Shown here in pieces: positions 9,881 to 23,802 of a DNA stretch of 64,000 nt. Position numbers and translations under genes: made by a program. The stretch's first letter is position 1; each line of letters begins with the position of its first letter. Origin of the DNA: Syntrophorhabdaceae bacterium (GTDB lineage Bacteria; Desulfobacterota; Syntrophorhabdia; Syntrophorhabdales; Syntrophorhabdaceae); NCBI GenBank assembly GCA_963665295.1, contig OY762209.1, positions 3,488,001-3,552,000 on the forward strand, given 5' to 3'. The notes under the pieces were generated by a model, which saw nothing but the letters and a program-made list of their open reading frames with translations, had not been told where the DNA came from and searched no databases.

Positions 9881-10618
9881 CTAAATATTCCATCCGCCCG
9901 AGACAGGTATAGCGGCACCCGTGATGAAGGATGCATCTTCCGAAGCAAGAAAAGCTATCACCGCGGCCACGTCTCTCGGCTCACCGATTCTTCCCAGGAG
10001 GGTTTCGGAAAGGATAGGCGCCTTGTACTTGTCGGACATGGCGATAATCGGGGGCGTTCGAATGAGTCCGGGCACGACCGCATTCACGGTCACGCCGTCG
10101 GGACCTCCTTCTCTGGCGGTGGTCTTTGTAAGACCCACCACCGCAGCTTTTGCGGTTGCGTAGGCGGCTTCGCCTTTTGCCCCCAAGAGCCCATAAATGG
10201 AACTGATATTGATGATACGGCCCCACTTCTGAGCCCGCATGCCAGGCAGCAGCGTTTTGGTAAGGAAGAAAGGAACGAGTACATGGATACCCATGACTGC
10301 GTTGAAATCTTTGGTATCCGTCTTCGCGGTGATGCCCGGACGGTCGAAGCCCGCGTTATTGACAAGAATATCGATATGGGTTTCCATCGTGATTTCTTCC
10401 AAAAGCCTGCGAAGTGGTTCCGTGCGGGTGAGGTCGATGATGCGGGCGGTGACTTTCCCGCCATCCCCTGCAATCCGTTTTGCTACCTCCGGCAGGGTTT
10501 TCCTGTTCTTGTCGAGGAGTACCAGGGTTGCTCCCTTTTTCGCGAATATCTCTGCACAGGCCCGGCCGATACCCTGACCCGCTCCCGTGATAAGTGCCGT
10601 GCGACCGGAAAAAGTCAT
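9881..10618 (-). CDS. SDR family oxidoreductase (FabG-like)
   Basis: TGAGQGIG, NNAG, YATAK, PG-x-I-x-T motifs. Confidence 0.92.
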   Translation of the reverse strand: MTFSGRTALITGAGQGIGRACAEIFAKKGATLVLLDKNRKTLPEVAKRIAGDGGKVTARIIDLTRTEPLRRLLEEITMETHIDILVNNAGFDRPGITAKTDTKDFNAVMGIHVLVPFFLTKTLLPGMRAQKWGRIINISSIYGLLGAKGEAAYATAKAAVVGLTKTTAREGGPDGVTVNAVVPGLIRTPPIIAMSDKYKAPILSETLLGRIGEPRDVAAVIAFLASEDASFITGAAIPVSGGWNI

Positions 10619-10929
10619 ACATATCCTCCTTTATTATACTTCCCGGGTCCCTTTTGCTGCTTTAGGGATGGGGACGACAATTTGTTCCGTCAGGTAGTCT
10701 ACCACGACGGTAATTTGTGTACATTTTAAAGGAAACTGCCCATACTTACAAGTCATTTGCTCAAAGATACCCTTCCTGCCCGACAGGCCTGAAGGATTGG
10801 TCTTTGTCGGAATATTTCAGGGGAGACACGGTGAGGAAAGGAATAATTTCGTTTAAGGAGAGGCCGTCTTGTGGTACTCTTAAGAATAATGGAAACAATG
10901 CAGGTCCTGATTTTAAGGAGGTTAAGGCC

Positions 10930-12681
10930 ATGGCGTCACCGGTAGTCCTCAGGAAACAAAAGCTGTCCGCCCGGTTCATGAAAGACTTTCTCGCATATTA
11001 CAAACGGATCGGCGCGGAGGGTTATTCAGTGGCAAAACGGGAACAATGGGCTCACAACCCGGCTATCGCGGTCTTGAGGGCCGTAGACGATGGGAAGGGG
11101 GTCGGATGGGTTGTCTACAACCAGGAAAGGAGCACCATCGAGGAGATATGTCTTGAGAGAACAGCGGGGGATACGGGGTTTGGCCGTCTTCTGGATGCCC
11201 TTATCAGGCGTGAGAACCTCGTTGCCGCCGAATTGCTCGTTACGGATGAGGAGAAGTACCGCTCCCTGGTAAAATATGGCTTCCGTCCCACACACGCCTT
11301 CGAGGCAGAGGGATTTTCCGTGGTGAAAATGGATATGAGCACCTGTGTACTCCGGGAAAAGCTTGACGGGTGCACGCCTGCCAGGGCGTATCGGAAGAAG
11401 GAAAGGGTAGCTTTAATCAAGGTGCCCGAAACCGGAACCGATAAGGAGATCAGGAAGGGACTTCAAGAGCTTTTACGGAGACTGGGCGGCGTGGCGAAAT
11501 TCGTCAAACCCGGGCAGACCGTAGTCATAAAACCCAACCTCGTGAGCGACCACGGCCTGAGGGACGGTAAGTACGTAGGCGGTATCGTTACCGACATAAG
11601 GGTCGTAAAGGCTCTCGCCGAGATTCTTCTTCCTGTGGCGGGGAAAGTAATCATTGCAGAAGGGTCGTCGATAAACCGCAGTGAAACGTCGAAGATGTTT
11701 TCTCTCTATGGGTATGATCGCCTCATCGACCTGGACCCCGGCAAGATGGAACTTGTAGATCTTAACAGGGACGAGGTAGTGGAGAAGGCCATTCCCGGGG
11801 GGAAGCGAATGGCTTCGAGAAAGATACCTCTGACTCTGGAAAAGGCGGACGTGATCATCAGCGTTCCGGTCCTGAAGATACATTTTGCCGCCGTGGCTTC
11901 GCTTGGAGTCAAACATCTCCAGGGGGCGGTACCTCCTCTTGAAAAGTACATGACCCATTTTTTCGGACTCTGGCAGAACCTCGTGAACATCCATCACGTC
12001 ATCAAGCCGAAGTTGACTATTATAGACGGACTCGTCGGCCAGGAAGATTTCGGACCCGTATCGGGGGTTCCCAAGAAGATGGACGTTCTTATCGGAGGAA
12101 CCAACCCGGTGGCCGTGGATGCCGTGGCCATGAGGGTTATGGGCCTTGACCCTGCTTCGTCGCCCCCTGTGTGGATGGCATATATGCAAGGGCTGGGTCC
12201 GATCGAAGAAGAGAGAATCACCGTGGTCGGCCGCCGTGTCGAAGAGGTGTCAAAGCCGTTCAAACAACCGGTGATCGATCTGACCGGAGGTGCGGATATT
12301 TCCGTCCATGGGGAGAGTGCGTGCCCTGGTTGCCGGGGATACCTCCATTTCGTGCTGAGCAAATTGAGAAGACCGGATCCGTTGGACCCGGGTCGCGCGC
12401 TCATCGACCGGCCCTTCAACAAAAGAGTCGCTATCTTTCTCGGACCTGAATGTGATGATGCCATCGACGCAGAAGGGACGAATATCTTCATGGGGATTTG
12501 TCAGAAACATCATGAGGGGGTGGGAGCCTTTCTCCCCGGTTGCCCGCCTCATGCGGAAGTAATCACGAACGGCATATTTGCCTTATTCCCGGATATAGAA
12601 CGGCCTCAGTACGCGGACAAGAGCGAGGAGGCGAAGCTGGGAGAGATGCTTACGGAAATCATGAACATGGATAAGAACTGA
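10930..12681 (+). CDS. DUF362 protein with N-terminal GNAT-like domain and C-terminal Cys-rich Fe-S domain; start moved to ATG at 10930
   Basis: AAGGAGG RBS; VKPGQTVVIKPN, IAEGS, PVLKIH, IDGLVGQE, PVAVD; CPGC..GIC..PGCPP. Confidence 0.78.
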   Translation: MASPVVLRKQKLSARFMKDFLAYYKRIGAEGYSVAKREQWAHNPAIAVLRAVDDGKGVGWVVYNQERSTIEEICLERTAGDTGFGRLLDALIRRENLVAAELLVTDEEKYRSLVKYGFRPTHAFEAEGFSVVKMDMSTCVLREKLDGCTPARAYRKKERVALIKVPETGTDKEIRKGLQELLRRLGGVAKFVKPGQTVVIKPNLVSDHGLRDGKYVGGIVTDIRVVKALAEILLPVAGKVIIAEGSSINRSETSKMFSLYGYDRLIDLDPGKMELVDLNRDEVVEKAIPGGKRMASRKIPLTLEKADVIISVPVLKIHFAAVASLGVKHLQGAVPPLEKYMTHFFGLWQNLVNIHHVIKPKLTIIDGLVGQEDFGPVSGVPKKMDVLIGGTNPVAVDAVAMRVMGLDPASSPPVWMAYMQGLGPIEEERITVVGRRVEEVSKPFKQPVIDLTGGADISVHGESACPGCRGYLHFVLSKLRRPDPLDPGRALIDRPFNKRVAIFLGPECDDAIDAEGTNIFMGICQKHHEGVGAFLPGCPPHAEVITNGIFALFPDIERPQYADKSEEAKLGEMLTEIMNMDKN

Positions 12682-12682
12682 C

Positions 12683-13957
12683 ATGCGTTTTATCGGGGAC
12701 CTTCACATACACTCGAAGTACTCACGAGCCACCAGCGCCGGCATGGTGCCGGAAGACTTATGGAAGTGGGCGCAGCTCAAAGGGATTACGGTAATAGGCA
12801 CCGGTGATTTTACCCATCCCAGATGGTTCGGAGAGTTGTCGGACAAACTCGAGCCTGCGGGCAACGGCCTTTTCGCCCTGAAGAAAGAGTTTCAGTCTGC
12901 GAGCGTGCCCGAGTCGTGCAAAGGAAACCCTTCTTTCCTCCTTTCGGTGGAGATAAGTTGTATCTACCGCAAGAACGAGAAGACGCGAAAGGTCCACTGC
13001 GTTTTGTTTGCCCCCGATTTCGAGACGGCTGCCAAGATAGGGCTCGCCTTATCGAAGATCGGGAACATCAGCTCGGACGGGAGACCCATCCTGGGGCTTG
13101 ACGCGAAGGAGTTGCTAAAGATTACCCTTGATGCGTCGCCTGATGCCATGCTGATTCCTGCCCACCTTTGGACACCCCATTTCTCGGTGCTCGGCGCTGC
13201 TTCGGGCTTTGATTCCGTAGAGGAGTGTTTTGAAGAACTTACTTCCCACATCTTCGCCGTGGAGACGGGCCTCTCCTCGGACCCGGCCATGAATCGGCGT
13301 CTTTCGGCTCTGGACAAGTTCACTCTTATATCGAATTCGGATGCCCATTCTCCTCCCAAGATCGGAAGGGAGGCGAACGTTTTCGACACGGACGTCTCGT
13401 ATAAGGCAATTACTGAAGCGATTAAGACGAAGCAGGGCTTTACGGGGACACTGGAATTTTTCCCCGAGGAGGGAAAATATCACCACGATGGCCACAGAGT
13501 GTGCGGGGTCAGTTTTTCTCCCGAGGAGACCATCCGTCACGGCTATCTTTGCCCGGTGTGCGGCAAGCGCCTGACGGTGGGGGTCATGCACAGGGTCGAA
13601 AAGCTTGCGGACAGGAGACCCGGCTTTGTACCGGACAATTCGCCGGATTTTCATTCCCTTATTCCTTTGCCCGAGATCATTTCCGAGGCCATGAAGGTAG
13701 GGGTGAACAGCAAGGCGGTAAACGGTGAATATCTGAGGTTACTTTCGAGATTGGGTAATGAATTTACCATATTGTTTGAAACCCCCCTTGAGGAGATCGG
13801 GAAAGCGAGTGGAGTGCCTCTTGTAAGGGAGGCAATTGCCAGGATGCGTGAGGGAAAAGTTTATATTGCCCCGGGTTACGATGGGGAATATGGGAAAATA
13901 AGGATCTTTGAAGAATTTGAGCGGAAAGAGAACAAAGGGCAGATGGTGCTGCTCTGA
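12683..13957 (+). CDS. Endonuclease Q family protein (PHP domain plus Zn ribbon)
   Basis: DLHIHSKYSRATS, GTGDFTHP, PAHLWTP, ETGLSSDP, SNSDAHS, EEGKYH..GHR.C, CPVCG, PGYDGEYG. Confidence 0.9.
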   Translation: MRFIGDLHIHSKYSRATSAGMVPEDLWKWAQLKGITVIGTGDFTHPRWFGELSDKLEPAGNGLFALKKEFQSASVPESCKGNPSFLLSVEISCIYRKNEKTRKVHCVLFAPDFETAAKIGLALSKIGNISSDGRPILGLDAKELLKITLDASPDAMLIPAHLWTPHFSVLGAASGFDSVEECFEELTSHIFAVETGLSSDPAMNRRLSALDKFTLISNSDAHSPPKIGREANVFDTDVSYKAITEAIKTKQGFTGTLEFFPEEGKYHHDGHRVCGVSFSPEETIRHGYLCPVCGKRLTVGVMHRVEKLADRRPGFVPDNSPDFHSLIPLPEIISEAMKVGVNSKAVNGEYLRLLSRLGNEFTILFETPLEEIGKASGVPLVREAIARMREGKVYIAPGYDGEYGKIRIFEEFERKENKGQMVLL

Positions 13958-14014
13958 TTCAAAACCCGGGTTGCCCCGAAAAGCGCTTGTAGCGGCGTCC
14001 GGCGGAGAGGTCTG

Positions 14015-15730
14015 ATGTCCGCGGAAAACAGAGTCATATCCCAGGTGTTCGAAGGGCTGAACGAGGAGCAGCAGAGGGCGGTGGTGACTACCGAAGGGCC
14101 TCTGCTCGTGGTGGCCGGCCCGGGAACAGGCAAAACCCTGACGATCGTTCGCAGGCTGGCCTATCTGGTGGGACGGGGGGTGCCGCCGGAAAGGATACTT
14201 GCCGTAACGTTTACCAACAGGGCGGCACGAGAGATGCGCGAGAGAACGGACACGTTGCTGGGGTCCCGCGGAGGGAAAGTGTTCATCGGCACCTTTCATC
14301 TTCTTGGTCTCCGGATTATCATGGAGAGTCTTCAGCGAGGGTTTTCAGTCATAGACAGGGAGAGGCAAACCGATATCCTCAAGGGTCTCACAGGAGGGGC
14401 GAAGAAGGCGGACCTCATGGCCGAGAGGATATCGAGAATAAAAGGCTTTATCGAAGAAATTGACGAAGAGACGAGAGATGTCTTCGAAGCCTACGAGAAC
14501 ACTCTAAGGAACGATCACCTGTATGATTTTGACGACCTTATCCGCGTTCCCCTTGCGGCGATGGAAGACGGAACTGACGCGGAGTCGTTCAAAAGAACCT
14601 TCAGTTACATCATGGTGGACGAGTATCAGGATATCAATCTCGCCCAGTACCGACTTTTGAGGTGCCTTGTCTCCGACGAGGGCAATATTTGCGCGGTGGG
14701 CGACCCGGATCAGGCAATCTATGCCTTCCGGGGCGCGGATGTTGGAAATTTTCTCAATTTTGAGAAGGATTTCCCCGGTGGTCTGAAGGTTACGTTGAGA
14801 CAGAACTATCGCTCATCGAAGGTAATACTCGGCGCATCATCCGACCTCATAGGGCATAACACCAGAAGAATGGATAAAGAGCTTGAGGCAGTAGGTTCAA
14901 AGGGCGCCAGGATTACCGTTATATCGGCTCCGGATGAGAAGGCAGAGGCAGAGGCGATCGTGCGGGAAATAGAGGCGAGGGTGGGTGGGACCAGTCACTA
15001 TGGCCTATTGACAGGGGCGCCCGGGATGGATTTTGCCGATTGTCCGGGTGGTTTCCGCGATTTTGCCGTTATATACAGAACCAACGCCCAGGCAAAGGCC
15101 CTGGAAGAGGTTCTTCATAGATCGGGGATACCCTTTCAGGTGGTCGGGGGAAAAGGCGCGGCAGGCATCAGGATGATAGCCGACCATGTCCGGCGGCATA
15201 TAGAGGAGGGCCAGGACGCCGCCGACGTTCTGGGCGCGGCGGAGTGCCTATGCGGGGAACCCTCCATCTCCGAAGACGACCGGGCGTCGCTCTACCAGAT
15301 CATTTCGGCATACAGAAGTCTGCCTCCTCATGAGGCGCTGACCGGCGTCATGAACGAGCTATCCCTGCTGTCGTCGGGGGACTCGTTTGACCCGAGGGCA
15401 GAGGCTTTGACCCTTATGACGCTTCATACGGCAAAAGGGCTGGAATTCAAGGTTGTTTTTATCGCAGGTGTGGAGGATGGGCTTGTCCCTTTCACTCTGG
15501 GAAGAGGCGAGACGGATATGGAGGAGGAGAGGAGACTCCTGTATGTGGGCATGACACGGGCAAGAGACGATCTTATCCTTACTTGCGCCCGAAACAGGTC
15601 TCTCTATGGGAGGATTTCTCAGTCACGGCCATCGCCGTTTCTTGATGAGATTTCCGAAAGGTTCGTGGAGAAGAGGGTGGTCCGGGATAGGGTGAAGAGT
15701 CCAAAGCAAAGGCAGATGAAACTGTTCTAG
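14015..15730 (+). CDS. UvrD/PcrA-family SF1A DNA helicase with shortened 2B region
   Basis: AGPGTGKT, TFTNRAA, VDEYQD, GDPDQAIY, NYRS, TLHTAKGLEF, EERRLLYVGMTRA. Confidence 0.92.
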   Translation: MSAENRVISQVFEGLNEEQQRAVVTTEGPLLVVAGPGTGKTLTIVRRLAYLVGRGVPPERILAVTFTNRAAREMRERTDTLLGSRGGKVFIGTFHLLGLRIIMESLQRGFSVIDRERQTDILKGLTGGAKKADLMAERISRIKGFIEEIDEETRDVFEAYENTLRNDHLYDFDDLIRVPLAAMEDGTDAESFKRTFSYIMVDEYQDINLAQYRLLRCLVSDEGNICAVGDPDQAIYAFRGADVGNFLNFEKDFPGGLKVTLRQNYRSSKVILGASSDLIGHNTRRMDKELEAVGSKGARITVISAPDEKAEAEAIVREIEARVGGTSHYGLLTGAPGMDFADCPGGFRDFAVIYRTNAQAKALEEVLHRSGIPFQVVGGKGAAGIRMIADHVRRHIEEGQDAADVLGAAECLCGEPSISEDDRASLYQIISAYRSLPPHEALTGVMNELSLLSSGDSFDPRAEALTLMTLHTAKGLEFKVVFIAGVEDGLVPFTLGRGETDMEEERRLLYVGMTRARDDLILTCARNRSLYGRISQSRPSPFLDEISERFVEKRVVRDRVKSPKQRQMKLF

Positions 15731-15927
15731 GGAAGGTGGGTTGAGTTACGGCGTGCATTACTAGATGAGAAACTACTTTGTGACATGGTTATAACATGGT
15801 GTAATTGTGTTGTATCTGTGTTTGGCGAAACCGTATTTTTGTAAAGTATAATGAAGAAAAGGGACATGTCCCTACAGCAGATTCGAGGTATGGTGGATTG
15901 ACCCCGGAAGGGAAGGAGGTGTGGTGT

Positions 15928-16350
15928 ATGAAGAGGACCCTCGTGTTGGTCATCGCCTTGTTTATGGGCATTGTATTTGTGACTGGTGCGTCTGCCCAGG
16001 TGGACCCCGCGGAGAAATCAGACGCAACGCCGGCAAAACGGATCAAGGTGACTGAGCCGGTCAGGAGGTTCATGGGCGAGGTGGTCAGCGTGGATTCAGG
16101 AGCGAAGACATTTGTTGCCAGGGGCAGAAAGGGCGAACTGACCTTCGATGCGACCCGTGCGCACATCTCTCCCGCCGTCAGGCTGGGAGAGATGAAAGCA
16201 GGTGACAGGGTCGCGGTGATCTACATAGAGAAAGACGGGAAGAACATGGCGAAGGCTGTGGGGAAACCGGCGGCCCGAGCGAAACGCCCGAGGCCGGGCG
16301 AGGACACATCCGCTGCAGGGAAACCGGCAGCAAATCCTGAGAGCAGGTAA
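15928..16350 (+). CDS. Exported hypothetical protein, small beta-rich (OB-fold-like) domain
   Basis: AAGGAGG RBS, signal peptide ending ASA; GEVVSVD..KT..GDRVAV.Y pattern. Confidence 0.7.
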   Translation: MKRTLVLVIALFMGIVFVTGASAQVDPAEKSDATPAKRIKVTEPVRRFMGEVVSVDSGAKTFVARGRKGELTFDATRAHISPAVRLGEMKAGDRVAVIYIEKDGKNMAKAVGKPAARAKRPRPGEDTSAAGKPAANPESR

Positions 16351-16639
16351 CAAGGGGGCGGCATCCAGGGGGACTGTTCTCCCCTGCGTGAATTCAAAAG
16401 ACGGGACCCGCAATGCCCCCCCCTGATGCCCAACCGGGATCGAGGTCCGTGAGGGGGCCCTGGTTCGGGCCGGGGTTCTTTGAAAGACGGTGGGCTGCCT
16501 TGATTCCGGAGGAGCAATGGGACTGTTCCCTTTCCGTTGCGGGGCAGGACCTTTCGTGATAAGCTACTTTCATAATGAGCCGGTTGCGCCTCGGTGTCAA
16601 CGGTTCCTCAATGAGTAAACCCACAGTACAGGAGGTCGG

Positions 16640-17989
16640 ATGGAAGGCGACGGCAAGCTCAAGGAATGGGACAAAAAATATATTTGGCATCCTTTTACGC
16701 AGATGCAGGAATACATGGAGACGGACCCCCTGGTGATCGAAAAGGGTGAAGGGTTTTACCTCATCGATTCCGAGGGAAGACGGTATATTGACGGTGTATC
16801 CTCACTCTGGGTACTGGTTCACGGGCACGGGAAGAAAGAGCTTATCGATGTCATCAGGGAGCAATCAGGGAGACTTTGTCACTCCACGCTACTCGGCCTC
16901 GCGAACGCGCCCGCGGTTTTACTTGCCAAGAAACTCGTAGAGATAACACCCCGCGGTTTGGAAAAGGTTTTTTATTCCGATAACGGGTCTACGTCGGTGG
17001 AGATTGCCCTGAAAATGGCATACCAGTACTGGCAGCAGAGGGGTGAGAAGACGAGGAAGCGTTTTATCTGTTTCAGTAACGGATATCACGGCGATACTAT
17101 CGGCGCGGTGAGCGTGGGTGGGATCGACCTGTTTCATAAGGTATACAGGCCACTTCTGTTTAAGACGTATAAGTCGCCGTCCCCGTATTGCTATCGTTGT
17201 CCCTTGAAGCTGGAGAAGGAGAGCTGCGGCATGGCGTGCGTGGCGGAATTCGAGAAGATTGTGGCTGCGCATAAGAATGAACTGTGTGGAGTGATAATCG
17301 AGCCGGTGGTTCAAGGGGCGGGGGGCATGATCGTGCAACCCGAGGGTTTTCTCTCATCGATCCGAAGGATCACAAGAGAACACGGTCTCTTCCTCATCAC
17401 GGACGAGGTGGCTACCGGTTTTGGTAGAACAGGGTCCATGTTCGCGTGCGGGAGAGAAGGGGTCGAGCCCGATTTCCTCTGTGTGGCAAAGGGCATCACG
17501 GGCGGATACATGCCGCTCGCGGCGACGATGACCACGGAAGAGGTGTTCGAAGGCTTTCTCGGAAGGTTCGACGAATTCAGGACGTTCTTCCATGGTCACA
17601 CGTACACGGGAAACCCCCTGGCATGCAGTGTGGCCGTCAGGAACCTTGAGCTCTTCGATAGTGAGAGCCTCATGGAGAAGATGCAGCCCCGGATCGAGAT
17701 GCTCGAGAAGGGTCTGGCGAGGTTCAGGGACCTGGCCCACGTGGGAGAGGTGAGACAGGCGGGCTTCATGGTGGGCATTGAGATCGTGAAGAATAAAAAG
17801 ACGAAAAGACTTTACGCTCCTGGAGAAAAGATAGGTCACAGAATAATAACGGAGGCACGAAACCGCGGTGTGGTGATACGGCCGCTCGGCGACGTGATAG
17901 TCCTTATGCCCCCCATTGCGATTGGGGCCGACATCCTTCAAGAACTGCTCGATGTGACGTACGAGAGCATAAAATTGGTGACAGGATGA
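16640..17989 (+). CDS. bioA: Adenosylmethionine-8-amino-7-oxononanoate aminotransferase
   Basis: IWHPFTQM, DGVSSLW, DNGSTSVEIALKMA, YHGDT, DEVATGFGRTG, AKGITGGY, HGHTYTGNPLAC, RPLG. Confidence 0.96.
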   Translation: MEGDGKLKEWDKKYIWHPFTQMQEYMETDPLVIEKGEGFYLIDSEGRRYIDGVSSLWVLVHGHGKKELIDVIREQSGRLCHSTLLGLANAPAVLLAKKLVEITPRGLEKVFYSDNGSTSVEIALKMAYQYWQQRGEKTRKRFICFSNGYHGDTIGAVSVGGIDLFHKVYRPLLFKTYKSPSPYCYRCPLKLEKESCGMACVAEFEKIVAAHKNELCGVIIEPVVQGAGGMIVQPEGFLSSIRRITREHGLFLITDEVATGFGRTGSMFACGREGVEPDFLCVAKGITGGYMPLAATMTTEEVFEGFLGRFDEFRTFFHGHTYTGNPLACSVAVRNLELFDSESLMEKMQPRIEMLEKGLARFRDLAHVGEVRQAGFMVGIEIVKNKKTKRLYAPGEKIGHRIITEARNRGVVIRPLGDVIVLMPPIAIGADILQELLDVTYESIKLVTG

Positions 17990-18398
17990 TGCGGGATGTC
18001 GTCTATCCGTATGCAATCGCCTCTTCCGAGGGGAAAATATTCCCTGAGGCAAGAGTGAGTTTTTCTCTGTGCTTTCAGTGTCTTCCGCTCGTAAAAGACC
18101 GACTGGGGCGGAACGGCGACAGGGTAGGGCCAAAAAAGTTCTGGATATAAGAGATGAGTTGTGCTAATATGAACCCATGTTAACGCTACTGCAAAACAAC
18201 AAAGCCGGAGATAGAACAAACGATTTCCGGAATAGTGGTTGTGTACTTGGAAGTGAAGCAGGATGCTTGCCGATGCCCACCAGTTGTGCTCTTAATAAGA
18301 TGCATGTCTCTAAGGTTCTTGGTTACAGCCTCGTTTTAACTTCAGTAGTCGGGACCGAAACGGGAAAATGTTTTTGCGAAAGTATTTCTCGGAAGTCC

Positions 18399-18426
18399 TT
18401 GACAACGTCTGAAAAATAAGTATACT
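18399..18426 (+). promoter_or_regulatory. rrn promoter
   Basis: TTGACA-16 bp-TATACT, about 100 nt upstream of 16S. Confidence 0.8.
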
Positions 18427-18458
18427 TAATACTGCTTCAAGGTTGAGCATTTAGCAAT

Positions 18459-18470
18459 TGTTCTTTGAAA
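18459..18470 (+). promoter_or_regulatory. boxA antitermination element (leader)
   Basis: TGTTCTTTGAAA; second copy TGTTCTTTGACA at 20377-20388 in the ITS. Confidence 0.75.
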
Positions 18471-18523
18471 AGAAAATAGTAGGTCCTCGTTCAAGTATGA
18501 AATTTGAACAATTTTTGACAGTT

Positions 18524-20088
<1,565 letters not shown>

Positions 20089-20136
20089 AGAACTTAGAAC
20101 GAGGGCCTACTATTTGAATATTTTGAAATTAACCTG

Positions 20137-20213
20137 GGGCCTATAGCTCAGGTGGCTAGAGCGCACGCCTGATAAGCGTGAGGTCGATAGTTCAAGTCTA
20201 TCTAGGCCCACCA
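20137..20213 (+). tRNA. tRNA-Ile(GAT)
   Basis: GGGCCTA/TAGGCCC acceptor stem, CTGATAA anticodon loop, GTTCAAG, encoded CCA. Confidence 0.97.
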
Positions 20214-20288
20214 TGAGTAGTCATGAGTCCCCGGCTGAAGGCCTTAAGGGTCCTGCCGAGGGCGTACACTATTTCTGGAGAGATAGTT

Positions 20289-20364
20289 GGGGGTGTAGCT
20301 CAGATGGGAGAGCGCCTGCCTTGCACGCAGGAGGTCATCGGTTCAATCCCGTTCACCTCCACCA
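20289..20364 (+). tRNA. tRNA-Ala(TGC)
   Basis: GGGGGTG/CACCTCC stem with G3:U70, TTGCACG loop, encoded CCA. Confidence 0.97.
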
Positions 20365-20417
20365 GCACGTTTCGAATGTTCTTTGACAACTATATATGTT
20401 TAAGATTTTTGATTTAT

Positions 20418-23427
<3,010 letters not shown>

Positions 23428-23481
23428 TAAATCAAAAAATTAAACATATATGGTTGTCAAAAAAGTTTGGGAATATAAGTT

Positions 23482-23599
23482 TCCCGGTGACCATAGCACA
23501 GAGGCAACACCCGTTCCCATCCCGAACACGGTAGTTAAGCTCTGTTACGCCGATGATACTGCAGGGGGGACTCTGTGGGAAAGTAGGTAGTTGCCGGGA
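23482..23599 (+). rRNA. rrf: 5S rRNA
   Basis: TCCCGGTG...TGCCGGGA; CCCATCCCGAACAC motif. Confidence 0.97.
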
Positions 23600-23608
23600 T
23601 TAAATTGT

Positions 23609-23645
23609 AAAGACCCAAGGAAGAAATTCCTTGGGTCTTTTGTTG
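23609..23645 (+). terminator. Intrinsic terminator of rrn operon
   Basis: AAAGACCCAAGGAA-GAAA-TTCCTTGGGTCTTT followed by T-rich tract. Confidence 0.9.
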
Positions 23646-23802
23646 TGTGCGCCCGGGAGGGTGCACTGGAGGTGAAAGTAGGCTGCTGTGTCGGCCCGTG
23701 CTTCACGGGGGGGCAACCTGAGGGAGACGATCGAAGGATTCCCGGGAGGGGCGCTGCGGCGGTGGTGGCGGAAAGGGGGCGTACCGGTGCAGACCGTGGA
23801 GC

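Noticed and set aside
16351..16560. 6S RNA or another known ncRNA
   Set aside because: I could not find the long rod structure or conserved motifs, and the usual gene context is absent.
16595..16625. BirA operator before bioA (TGTCAAC)
   Set aside because: Only one half-site; there is no GTTGACA partner at the expected spacing.
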